Positions 1 to 12,600 of a DNA stretch of 64,000 bases are shown here, in pieces (position 1 is the stretch's first letter; each line of letters opens with the position of its first letter). Made by a program: the position numbers and the translations under genes. The notes beneath the pieces were generated by a model, which saw only the letters and a program-made list of their open reading frames with translations, ran no database searches and had not been told where the DNA came from. This stretch comes from Neodothiora populina (Eukaryota), in the NCBI RefSeq assembly GCF_041146345.1, contig NW_027191417.1, positions 1,860,001 through 1,924,000 of the forward strand, given 5' to 3'.

Positions 1-521
1 TAAAGTACATGATTGCTGCCTGCTGCCAAAAAAAAGTGGTCATGGTCCAACCATTTAGCATCCACAAGGGTCGCGCCGGCATCGAAGCTTCCGACGCACG
101 GGTGTGTGGGGGGGCGCAGCAGCCTTCGGTGGAATGGCCTGTTTCTTATCGGGATGATTCTTTGATTCTTTGTTCAGGGTATGTTCAGGGTATGGCAGAG
201 AAAAACAAGGGTCGAGGAGTCATCGTTTTATCTGAATTGCACCAATCTAACCCCTAGACCCTTGTCGGCGGCGTGTCACAGTGCAGATGGGCAGATGCAG
301 ATGGGAAATGGTCTGACTTCAGCATGATCGACGGAGCGACGTTAGGCGGCGCCGGCTCTCTTGTTCTTTGGTGTTTCGCAACTCCCATCTCGTACCTGAT
401 TCTATTCTGTTCTTCCTTTAGTTTCTTCTACTCTTGATATACAATCCGCATGCTGTCGCCTTTTCCACAATATCAGGACATGAGACACTGACAAAATCCA
501 CTGATCCAACAAACAATCAAA

Positions 522-1719
522 ATGGACCAGCAGCAGCAGCAGCAGCAGGCCGCCAACGCGCTGCAGCATGACTGGCCAAACCTCGAGGACCTTGGTATAG
601 CCGCCGCGCCTGGCGTCTCCATGGACGGTCTGGACAACAACCCCAACGATTGGGAAGAATGGCTGCGATGGGATCCCACAACCGAACCTTTCTCTCCCGA
701 CAGTTCGACAAAGACGTCAAATAATTCCCCCATGCAGGACCTGGGCTTCAATCCGGATCAATTCCCTTCCCTGCCCGGAGATGAGACGCTGGCGCCACCC
801 TTGATCGTCGGCGATGACTCGACAATGTTTGATTTCTCTTTCGACCAACCCAACTTCAACTTTGACGACCTCAAGCCCACCAACACTGCTCAATTCGCCC
901 TTGTCGCGCCAGACACGCAATTCGCACAACCGCCGGCAGATCCCGAGACCAACCTCCAGCCCATTCTGGACCATCTCCAGGCCAATGATGATCAGCCCTT
1001 GTTCCCTGCACCCTCCCTACCCTCTGAGCCGGTCCAGACCTCGCCCTTCTCACTTCCGAGCAATGACTTCTCCACCAATTATGCCGCGACCGTACCATCG
1101 ACGACCGGCAAGAGCAGCCCGGCGTCGTCCACTGCCCAACCACGCACCAGCGTCTCGTCCATGTCGCCTGCGCCCGAGCAGCCTCCTGCTCGCAAGAAGA
1201 GCGGACGCAAGAGAAAGTCGTCGAGTGACGACGAGAGCAAGCACCTCCCCGACGTCTCGCCCGAAGACGGTCCGCCCGTCAAGAAGACATCGCACAACGT
1301 CATCGAGAAGCGATACCGCAACAACCTCAACGACAAGATCCAAGAGCTGCGCGACAGTGTGCCCAGCCTGAGAGCCATGTCGAGGCCGAGCGGCACCGAC
1401 GAGTCCGAGGATCTCGAGGGTCTGACCCCGGCCCACAAGCTCAACAAGGCCACCGTGCTGGCAAAGGCCACCGAATACATCAAACATCTCGAGAAGCGCA
1501 ACAAAAACGTCACAAACGAGATGGAGGCGCTAAAGGCACGTCTTCTGACGCTGGAGAAGAACATCGCCAAGACGAGCGCCGTGCAGAATCTCCAGACTGC
1601 TGCCGGGCACGGCCTGTTCACACCATCCATGACCAGGTCCAGACAACCCTCGACCGCGCACATGGCTGCTGCCGGAAGACGAGCACAAGCCGAACAGTAC
1701 GCGCAACAGCAGCTACAGC

Positions 1720-1753
<34 letters not shown>

Positions 1754-3578
1754 GCCGCATCAACCGAAACAGCAACAAGAGCAGCAGCAGCAGCAGCAGC
1801 AGTCGCAGCAACAACAACAACAACAACAACAGACCTCACCTACTTTCGAGGCTCAAGCCGACACTGTCCAAGCCGGCCAACAGCGCATGGTCAACGGTCA
1901 AGGCGGCAACGGCTTCATGGGCAAGCTCATGGTCGGCTCTCTCGCTGGTGTGATGGTCATGGAGGGATTCCACGAGCAGGAGCAAAACAGTCAAGGGACA
2001 TCCAGCAGAGGTCTGTTCGCTGCGCCTAGCATGTTCGGAAGTGGACAGGCTTCCACCGCCCAAATCTTCTTCCCAATGGCCAAGATGTGCCTCGTCATTG
2101 GTGCCATGTTCTATATACTGCTTCCGCTTCTCACCTCCGCTCCGAGGACCAAGACCAAGGCGCCTCAGCATGTGCGCCTCAGTGCCGCTCCGTCGCTTGC
2201 CTCTCCAGTCGAAGTGCGTCGAAAAGCATGGCTCACTGCGGTTCAGAGTGTCTGGATGCCGCGTCACTTCTTACTTGAAGTTGTCTCGGTCGCCGTCAAG
2301 ATGCTGAAGCTCAGCCTCCGTCGACTCATAGGCTCCGAGAGTTACACGATGATCTCTGGAAACAACAAGGAAGACGAGGCTGCCCGCATCAAGGCTTGGG
2401 ACATTGCCATCGATGCTCAGCTTGCCGGCGGCGATGCTGAAGTCAGCTATTACCGTCTGTTACTGACCCTGATGGTTTCGGGAACTCTGCCTGACTCGCC
2501 CATCCGTCTCATGCAAAAGGCTGTTCACTTCCGCATCTTCTTCTGGGAGCTCGCCAATGCCGGATATGGCAACCTCTTCATGTTCCGTGATTTCACCGCA
2601 AAGGTCGGTCGGATCTACTGGGAGTCTGCACGCGCCCAACAGCACGCCTTGGCTGCTGGTGAGTACACCGAACAGCAGATCATTGACGACAAGATCGACA
2701 TGTTACCCGACCATCTTGCCGCTCTCATCGAGCTCGGCTGTGACGATGTCTTGACAGACGACATCATCCAACGAGCATACAACCTCGCATGGAACAGACC
2801 AAGCGCGGAGAAGACCATCGCCAACCTGACCATGGACAATGTCGTCGAGGACCATGCGATACGGTCTCCGGTCGATGCCATCGCTGCTTGGTTTTCTACG
2901 ACGACCATCGACGCCGCCCTGACCCGTGCCATCGATGTCGACAACAATGCCGCAGGTGACGTCGAGTACCTGGTTGAGCTGGCCAACAAGGTCGCGCCTC
3001 CAGTCTCGGCCACGCAGACTCGTGCTCTCGCAGTCAAGGCTGTTCTCTGCGACACGGACCGCGAGGCCAACATCGCAGCGACACTCGCCAATCTCCCCGC
3101 CAAACCCTCGCTCGGCTCGTGTGCACTCTCAGACACGAGATCATCAGCTGTTCCGTCGAACATGATCACGCACACCCCGGTGTCACCTGATATTCACATT
3201 GCATTGACCCTCGCCAAGGTGTTGTCGCTGGCGTCGCCCTCGTCTCTGCCATCGGCTCGGGTCCACGCGGCATCTGCCGTCTCAGCGATGCATCTCGCGC
3301 CGAGATCGTTGACTCTTCTCACCGCCGTTGCATCGCACAAGGTGCTCCGCATATTCACCGACGATACTGTGCTGTTTAACGCCGGCAAGCGCGGCGTCGA
3401 CGACTTGGCGTGTGGCCTGAGGACCTGGATCGGGACTCGAGCCGGCAAGCACGCCGGATTGAGCAAGTCCCAGAAAAGGCTCGTGGTCGACGCGGCTCTT
3501 GTGGTCAGCAAGCGTGTAGGGGGTTGGAAAGACGAAGGCGAAGAAAAGGACAGTGGATACGGAAGTCTACAAGACTAG
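522..3578 (+). CDS. srbA: SREBP-like (Sre1/SrbA-type) membrane-anchored bHLH-zipper transcription factor
   Basis: Single 1018-aa ORF. bHLH KKTSHNVIEKRYRNNLNDKI has the SREBP-diagnostic Tyr in place of Arg, followed by KATVLAKATEYIKHLE and a zipper. Hydrophobic segments (GKLMVGSLAGVMVMEGF; MCLVIGAMFYILLPLL) precede a long C-terminal domain. Confidence 0.9.
1705..1832 (+). repeat. CAA/CAG trinucleotide tracts encoding poly-Q in the SREBP-like gene
   Basis: (CAA)n and (CAG)n runs are directly visible; a shorter CAG run lies at 528-548. Confidence 0.95.
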
Positions 3579-4429
3579 ATCTCTGCATTCGTGCGTGTCA
3601 TGTGAAGAAAACAAATCCAGAAGACCACGAACTTTTTTTCTGTTTCTCTACTGTAATGTTTTTGACTTTTTTTCTGTGGGGATTTGATTAATGGAATAAC
3701 GACAAGAAGCGAAAGTTTTGGCGAATAACATGCAGAAGAAGACAAGGTGTCTTGATCGCGCAAGCGGGGAATTGTTTGCAAGGGCGTAGAGTAGGGAGTA
3801 TTGATTAGCTTGAGCGCGAAAAATAAAGCTCGCTTTCTTATGGTTTGTTAAGGTATTTGGGAGTTATACAACAAGGCAGTCACCTCTCTCGGATGGAGCA
3901 GGTGTCCAAGGTACTTGGACGTCTAGGTGAAGTGGAGTAAATAGGAAGGCAGTATAGTCCGCAATCGCCTGTGTATCATAAAGACTCGTCTCATCCTTGG
4001 ATTTTCCTTCCGTTCATGTCCTTATCGCCAATGATTTTCTTCTTCTTTTGATCAAAACAGAGCAAGCGAAGGGAATAGGTAGGGGGTTCGTGATGTATTT
4101 CATCGCCGTACATTGTCTCTTTCTTCTTCTTTTTTCCATACGGCTTCTGGTTCGTTGTCACTTATTAGTTGACGTTTCCACTATTTTACTTTTCCTTCTT
4201 TTGCACTTTGGCTTGAGACACACATTCGTGGCTGGATTGAAACTCGATCTTCTGATGGCAAAGCAAGAAGGTGAGAAGGAATCGACGGGAGACTTGATCG
4301 TTACAGGAGTAGCGTGTCGTGCATGAGTCTACCAGAGTAACAGCAATGTATCTATACACTCGAGCAACCCTACTTCTGTCCGCCACAAGTCCCCATCTTC
4401 ACAGACCTCCTTTCCAAGAACAAAATCGA

Positions 4430-5593
4430 TCATAACTTCGATCTCACCCCGGCATCATCATCAGAACCAGCAGACGAAGAAGAAAGATCGACCCCCACAA
4501 CCCCCTGCAGCTCCCTCACCGCATCGCCCACCCGTCCAAGCGTGACCTTGACAGTCCTCATACCCTGCGCCCTCGCCGTGCGCAGATTAGAGCCAATATC
4601 ATCTAGGAAGACGATGTCCTGCGCTCTGATCCTCTGACCACCACCGCCACCCGTCTCAGCCTCGGCAGGTGCAAAAAGGCCACGCTCAACAGCGTACTCG
4701 TTCAATTTGTCGATCGTGTACGTATATATCTCCGCGTCAGGCTTGCGCAGCCCGACATGCGCAGACGAAACAAAGACGTCGAAGAGAGACTTTAGATACG
4801 CCGTGTGCTTGCCTTCTGGCGTGCTGGCGTCGTTGGAGACGTGGTGTGGAGGGAAAATGACGGTGTTGCTCAGCGCGGCGATGAGGAGCGGCTGCTTCTG
4901 GTCTCTTTCGTTCTGCAGTCGTGAAGAGGAGGACGAGACAAGAGCGTCGGCGTGTTTCCGCAGTCTCTCGAGAGCAGGAAACATGCTCGGATCCGGGCTG
5001 CGCGAAACCCGCATCATTTCCCAGAACAGCCATTCGGGATCGATGTTCCTCGGCACCGGCGGCATCGTCCCCGCCTCATCACCACCCAGTCGTCGCTTCT
5101 GCTTGCGGTGAAACGCCGTCCACGCCGCCTCGTCCGTCAGATCGGAGAGAAAGCCTTGGAAAAAGGCCGCGTCGAGCGGGATTTCTCCTCGTTCGAGACG
5201 CTGCCAGCTGCCGGTTGGGGCCGAGGCCGAGATGGCGTGGTTTATCCAGCCTTGGGGGATGGAGTGCGATATCTCGTAGTCCAGGATTGCTTGGAAGGGG
5301 GAGACGACCTGGTTTTTTTTCTTCTTGTTAAGCTGGTGAGTGGTGATACAAGGGGCATGGGAAGGAAAGTGATACGGGCATGTGTAGAGCGGATGTGGGG
5401 AGATAGTCTCTGCTTTAGGTGACCTTCTTGCTTCAATCGCAGTGGTGGACGAAAGGACATCCACCCAGTACATCTTCCATTCTCCCATCATCATCTCATC
5501 TGCTTAGAAACACGAAAGAATAAAAGGGTAGAGACATACACAAACCCCGCCAATATCAAACAAGACCACTTTGGGTCTTTGCGGCAACGACAT
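4430..5593 (-). CDS. HAD-superfamily hydrolase (epoxide-hydrolase N-terminal phosphatase-like), 2 exons
   Basis: Exon 1 (5593-5540) MSLPQRPKVVLFDIGGVC carries HAD motif I. Intron 5539-5309 (GTATGT...CAG). Exon 2 VVSPFQAILDYE... has ALSNT, GLRKPD and VFLDDIGSNL (motifs II-IV). Confidence 0.88.
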
Positions 5594-7265
5594 ATGTCTC
5601 AATATACTGATCTCACAGCGACGAAAAGAAAAGACCAAGGACTTAAGAATCGTACTCGTTTCTCGCGAGAAGGACAGTCGTGACAACCTTAGATCTCACC
5701 ACTTGATCAATTATGTCCAGCAACAAGTCAAGTAATCATGTAACTATCTCCAATATATACGAGAGAGAAAAGAAACCACTGTATCACATTGTCCTCCATC
5801 CCATCGACCATCATAAAAGCGACGACATGAAGTTGAAGCAACAAACAACCGAGGCAAGCGATAAGCTCTTGGCGGGATACAGGATAGACAGGGGGGGGGG
5901 GGGTGGGGGGGTTTATTGAATGACGAATTGTTCCGAGGTTCTACGATCTGCTTTCTTTGCTGTATCAATGCCAAAACAGCTTTTGCGCTGTGGAGATCTA
6001 CTGGATAGTTCCAGGTAGGGATATTGAGATTCGTTCGCATACTCAAGTTCGCCTTCGACATCATCTGTACTCTGCAATTAGTACAGTGGGTGTTGATATA
6101 TGCAGTCGCCTCTGTCCAGATGGCGGGCGACGGGAGAGATCGTGGGGTCAGAGTGGGACCACCGGCGTCTTGACTTGAGCTTCAGATTTAGCCGTGAGAC
6201 CCCTAGCTAGCGGATTCTGGTACAGTGCAGCCATGGTGCTTGTAGAGTAGAGTATACAGCCATGTTCAAGTCGCTGTACCGTCCGAAGAACACCGTGTGT
6301 ATCAGCATCTAATGGCGTATCCCAGTTCGCAAAAAGTGGCATCAATCGTCGTCTGACAAGAGCAGCTCCGACAATACGCCGCCTACCAAACTAGAGGAAG
6401 TTTTTTGTCATTCATTATGCCTTGGATGTTGACTGTCGGCTGAACCACTGTCTTTGGATATACTCAGGATTTCCTGCTCGTCTCGCAGTCTTGTATCAAT
6501 ATGATGGTTGCATACACCATAGATGCAGCACAGTCAATAGAGTAAGGTGCTTGCTTGAAAATACTTCTTGTCCTCTTACGAAACAGTAGCGAAGGTCGTG
6601 CCAAGCCACAGCGCCGAGAGATACCTTATGCTGCGATACTGCTCACTCCATACAGCGACAGACTCGGCCCCCCCACCCCCCCCCTTAGCGACACGTTCTA
6701 GAACCGACAAAATCTGTCAAATGCTCCACAGACTGGAAGGATATCGTGAGATGCAACAGCTACGATCGAATCCAACACGTGCGATCCCGCCAAAGCAGCC
6801 ACAGATCTCATTGACACATAGCGGTCGGAGATGGTCCGCAAAGGCGCAGGCGGATGTCGCTTACCAAAACTGAGTTTACCCATGGGGAAGATCGTCAAAT
6901 CACGACATTGCCAACGTCGAGCATGCGACACCTGCGAGGCACGAAATTGTTTAGGTCATTTTGACGTAAAATCTCGTCGGATTGGCTGCTTGTATGCTTG
7001 TCCAGCATGGGACCTAACGCGTTTGATGGGTTGGGGCTGAGATGGGTGCGCCTCCCTTATCGCTGAGACGGGTTTCCCATGCTGCTCAGCTCGTCTAGAC
7101 CTCCAGTCGTCGACTTAAGATGGAGGTAATCAGCAAAGTATATCCCAGCCGTGTAGTTGGTGGTTCATATATAAGATTGTATGCATCCTGTCTTTTCTGT
7201 CTCGTTGCAGATCGATTGTTCATCTTCCACGTGCCACGCTTTCGCTTTCGCTCCTCCCATCAGTC

Positions 7266-8892
7266 ATGGCAGAACTCGAGAAGAACCGACAGGATGATTC
7301 TCCTCAGGCCTTGTCTAGTGTTTCTTCTGAGACCGACATAATACCCAACACTGCAGACGAGAAAAGACTGCTCCGAAAATTGGACAGAAGGCTTCTTCCT
7401 GGCGTCTCGGTCCTCTACCTTCTCAGTTTCCTCGACCGAAGTAATGTAGCCAACGCACGACTCGAAGGTTTGACCAAGGATCTGGGTATGACAGGAAACG
7501 AATACCTGACCGGTCTCACTGTTTTCTTCCTCGGCTACATCGCCTTCGAGGTCCTTTGGAACATTATCTTGAAACGTATCGGTCCTAGGATATGGCTGCC
7601 TCTGGTGACATTCATATGGGGTATTGTTGCTACTCTGCAGGGTATAGTCGTCAGTAAAGAGGGCTTCTATGTCGTGAGAACCTTTCTGGGTATCACCGAA
7701 GGCGCGCTGTTCCCAGGAGTGGTGTTCTACCTGTCCATGTGGTACAAGCGCAGCGAACGAACATATCGCGTGGCGTTGTTCTTCAGCGCGGCGTCTCTGG
7801 CAGGCGCTTTCGGCGGCATTCTGGCATACGTGAGTACATGATGTGTATACCTGTGTGAATACATGAAAGGCTAATGGATGCGACAGGGCATCGGATTTAT
7901 GCGAGGCACTGCAGGCGTGAGCGGCTGGGCATGGATTTTCATCATAGTAAGCCGCATACATGTCGAAGCGCCATGAATCTTTGCTTACAACCTGACAGGA
8001 AGGCATCCTGACCTGCGTGGTGGCTTTTGCAGGGTACTGGTTCATCGAAGACTGGCCTGCCAAGGTCAAGTTTTTGTCTGTAGACGAACGCTCTCTCCTC
8101 AATGCGCGACTCAGTGCGGACAGCGACACAGTCAACAGCGAGACCTTTGCTTGGTCCGAAGTCTTCAAAGCATTCAAGGATCCAAAGTGCTGGTTGTATT
8201 GCGCCTTGTTCCACACGTGCAGTCTCCCGCTCTACACACTCTCACTGTTCTTGGTCAGTAGTCCCTGAGGTATGGACTAGTGAACACGGCTAACTCGGTC
8301 GCAGCCATCCATCATCGCCGCGCTAGGGTACACGGCGGCACAGGCACAGCTTCTGACCATCCCACCGTACGCTCTGGCTACAATCCTCACCGTCATCTGG
8401 GCAGTGATTTCGGAACGGTACCGCAAGCGTGGATTGTTCATCATGATATCGTCTGCGACCGCTGCAATTGGTTATATCATCCTTTTGACGAACAAGAACC
8501 CCAAGCAAAACCCAGCGCAGTCGTATGTGGGAACGTTTTTCGCAGCAGCGGGAATATATCCCTCGACGGCACTCGTGCTCAGCTGGCCGGCAATCAACGT
8601 GAGTGGACAGACCAAGAGAGCAACGGCATGCGCCATGCAGATCACCATCGGAAATCTGGGAGCGGTGCTAGGAACGCAGCTGTACAGGACAGAGACAGCA
8701 CCCAGATATCTGCTCGGCCACTCTTTCGCGCTGGGATACATTGCTGCAAATGCAATCATAGCAGGTATAACCTGGCTGGTGCTCGCGAGAGAGAATAAGG
8801 CAAGGGAGGCATCAGGGGTGGAAGCGAAAGTTGACAGTTACGGGGTGGACTGGAAAGGAGACGAGGACGCGAGATGGAGATATACCGTGTGA
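7266..8892 (+). CDS. MFS transporter, anion:cation symporter (allantoate/nicotinate permease-like) family, 4 exons
   Basis: Motifs LLRKLDRRLLP, FLDRSNVANARL, RTFLGITEGALFPG, GWAWIFIIEG. Introns 7830-7886, 7947-7998 and 8254-8304 restore one frame. Confidence 0.92.
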
Positions 8893-9676
8893 TTGCCTTT
8901 ATCAGTGGAAGGGGTGGTCTAGGCAGAGTATTGAGGGCAGTTGCCTTGAATGACGAGAAGCAGCTGTTGCCTACGGAAGCCTGGTGGATTGAGAGCAGTG
9001 TAGATGCCTACCTTGACGCATTTCGAAGCAGAAGCCAGGGTTTAGACGATTCGATTCATTCATGCAATTACAAATGCCAATGATATCCTACAATATTGAT
9101 GGCCAATGGAATGCTTTGTATACCGCAGCATGAGGCAGTCATAAGTAAGGTAAGGTACAGTAGAGAGCAGGTAGAGGAGCAAAGCACAGGCCGCGTCCGG
9201 CCAACGCCAAGACAGACCGGAGCGTTCATAAAGTGGAAGGTGCAGTAGTTTGTGAGGAAGTCGCAGTGAAGCGATCACCAGCCGATAATTATCGACTCTG
9301 TACCTAGCTGTGACCTTTATACACCACACCAACACCACCACTCTTCTCTCCTTGTCGCCGCGCGCAGTTTGATTCTCATTTTCCTTGGTCGATTCTGTAT
9401 AGATCTTGCGTACTTTCGCAAGAGGGAAGTCACAAGGGCGAGCAGAGGAAGGAAGGAAGATCTGGCTACCACAGTCCTCGAATGAGCTCCATCCTCGCCA
9501 TCATCATCATCATCACCTCCACAGTTATCGTCCATTCTTTTCCACGCGTCACTAGTCGATCGGGACTCTGAATCGCGACTAATATTGACAACTGGCGCAT
9601 TCGACACGCCTTTGACTCCTTCGCACTCGCCGTCTGAAGGTAGCAGCAGAAAGAGAAGGCGCGTCCCGAGTCGACA

Positions 9677-12600
9677 ATGTCTTTCGGCGGTGGTGGATTC
9701 GGTGGATTTGGCGGCTCGACCAACAACCAGAGCACTGGCTTTGGTGGTTTCGGCAGCCCGGCCAACAACAATAACAGCACTGGTGGTGAGTCTTTATTTT
9801 ATTCAGATCAAGAAAGAGACGAGACAGACACGAGACAGACACGAGACAGACACGAGACACGAGCACTTTCTCCCCCTCTCCTGCTTGTCTTTCACCTTCA
9901 CCTTCACTTTCACCCCTCCCTCTTCGCCCTCGACCTCACACCCTCCATCCACATCTCCACCGCCAATCCTCAGACCATCCTAGCCATAACGGGCGCTGAC
10001 CAGCCATCTCTGCTTCCCCTCAGGCTTTGGATCTACAAACACCGGTTTCGGCGGTAACACCAACCAACCCGCGGCAGGCTCGAGTCTGTTCGGAGGAGGC
10101 GCCACCAACACAGGCAGTGGTTTCGGTGGTACGTCGCCTTCTTTCTTGTCTTCTTCTTCTTCTTCTTCTTCTCTCTCTTCCCAGGATCGTGACTGACGGA
10201 CAAAACTACAGGCAGCGGCTTTGGCGCCACCACAAACAACTCATCTCCCTTCGGCGCAGCGAAGCCCGCGTTCGGCGGCTCGACGACGACTACCGGAGGC
10301 GGCATGTTCGGCAGCGCCAACAACACGGCGACTTCAGGCACTGGCTTTGGAGGCTTCGGCGGCTCCAACACAGCTTCCACACCGGCCTTTGGCAGCTCAG
10401 CGACCGGCGCCGCCGGTGGAGGAGGTCTCTTCGGCTCGACAGCCAACAAACCTGCCTTTGGCGGCACGACAGGCGGTGGAGGTCTATTCGGAGGAGCTGC
10501 TACAAACACAGGGACCGGCTTTGGAGGTGCTGCTAACACCGGCACCACCACTGGCTTCGGCGGCGCCACTGGCTTCGGTGCTCCGGCCGCAGGTCAGACT
10601 CCACAGAACAACGGCACCGCCACCACTCCCTTCGCCGCACACGTCGAGAAAGATGCCGCGTCCAGCACAAACTCGCATTACCAGTCCATCACCTTCCAGC
10701 AGCCTTACCAGGCCTTTAGTTTCGAAGAGCTGAGATTGGCAGACTACAACGCCGGGCGCAGGTTTGGCAACAGCAATGGACAAGCGGGCGCCTTTGGTGC
10801 AAGCACTGGCTTCGGGGGCTTTGGCGCAACAAACACAACCCCTAGCACGGGTTTCGGCGCCACCAGCACGTCCAACACGGGCACCGGTCTGTTTGGCTCC
10901 AACAACGCTGCTTCTTCTCCCTTTGGCCAGAGCAACGCTGCCCCTGCTGCGGGAGGCTTTGGTGGCAACACTGGTGGCGGTGGCTTGTTCGGTGCGCCAA
11001 AGCCTGCGACAGGCGGTCTCTTCGGCAGCGCTCCTGCCTCCTCTGGCACCACTGGCGGAGGCCTGTTCGGCACTGCAGGCGCTAGTAACACCACGCCCAG
11101 CACTGGCTTTGGCGGATTTGGCTCGACCAACACGGGCGCTGCAAACACGGGCACCGGTCTCTTCGGCGCCAACAATCAGCAGCAGAACAAGCCCGCCTTT
11201 GGCTCTGGCTTTGGCGCCTCGACGAATCCCACCGGTGGCTTCGGTGCCGCAGCCACTCCCTCGACTGGCTTTGGTGGCGCCAACAACACCTCGACCAGCT
11301 CTGGCCTCTTCGGTGCGGCCAACAACCAGCAGCAGCAGCAGCAGCCTGCCGCGACCGGCGGTCTCTTTGGCGCAACCAACAACCAACAACAACAGCAGCC
11401 TAGCACTGGCGGCGGTTTGTTTGGTGGCGGAGGAGCATTCGGGCAGAACAACCAGCAGCAACAGCAGCAACAGCCGGCCGCGGGAGGTGGTCTCTTCGGT
11501 GGTGCGACTGGCGGCTTCGGACAGAACAACCAGCAGAACCAGCAGAAACCTTCTCTGTTCGGCGGAGGCGCAGGCACAGCTAACACCGGTGGTGGCCTCT
11601 TCGGCGGACAGAACAACCAGACCCAGCAAAACACGGGCGGTGGTCTTTTCGGAGGAAACAACCAACAGACAGGCACAACCGGTAGTCTCTTCGGTCAAAA
11701 GCCTGCTACCGGCGGTCTGTTCGGCGGTGCAGGTAACAACAACACTACCGGCACCACTGGAGGCGGTGGTCTCTTCGGTGGAGGACTCGGCCAAAATAAC
11801 CAGCAACAGAATACTGGCGGCGGTCTGTTCGGTGGCAACAACAACCAGCAGAAGCCTGGAGGCCTGTTTGGCGGCAGTCTCAACACTTCAACGAACAACA
11901 CCGGAGGCTCTTCTCTCTTTGGGGGATCGACTAACCAGAACAACAATGCTGGCGGCTCTCTCTTTGGTGGCGGCGGCAACAATCAGCAGCAAGGCGGCGC
12001 CTTTGCCAACTCACAACAAGGCCAACAGTCGCTCGCCGCAACTCTCCTGACCAACCCTTACGGCAACGACCAGTTGTTTCAGAATCTCGGTGCCTCGTCC
12101 GCACCCGTCGGTCCTCTGGCAACACCTCTGTCTGGTGCCCAGAAGTCGGCGAAGAAGCCCACTCCTCTGCCTCAGTTCAAGATCAACCCGAGTGCGAACC
12201 TGCGTTTGCTCACACCACAGAAACGATCCAACGGATATGGCTTTTCCTACCAGTCATATGGCACTCCGGGTAGCGCCCAGAGCTTCACCTCCAACGGTCT
12301 CGGCAGCAGTCTTCTGCAGTCCGGTGGCTTGAGTCGCTCGCTCGGTAAGAGCTTCAGCACAAATAACCTGCGCAGCACTCTGAACGGTAGCGAAGGCGAC
12401 AATAGCAGTGTCCTGGCACCCGGTGCTTTCACCCCCAACAGTCGGCCTTATGCGGGCGGCAGTATTCGTAGGTTGAAGATTGACCGCAACCTGCGAACCG
12501 ATTTATTCGGAGACGGCACGTCTAGCGAGCCCTCCTCGCTGAACCCGAAACGCGTGAGCTTCAGCGCCGCTGACGGCAAGGGATACACCGCCAACGGTCT

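Noticed and set aside
5309..5539. Long HAD intron with ATGATGA and a small hairpin, as a candidate C/D snoRNA
   Set aside because: No matching D box (CTGA) or terminal stem was found.
10304..12000. Regularly recurring GGTCTCTTCGG-like units resembling a repeat array
   Set aside because: They are the coding GLFG repeats, not a CRISPR or non-coding array.
10033..12050. Long antisense and alternative-frame ORFs over the FG-repeat region (e.g. 10484-11806 -, 10764-12050 +)
   Set aside because: Shadows of GC-rich, repetitive Gly/Phe codons in nup98; no domain signal.
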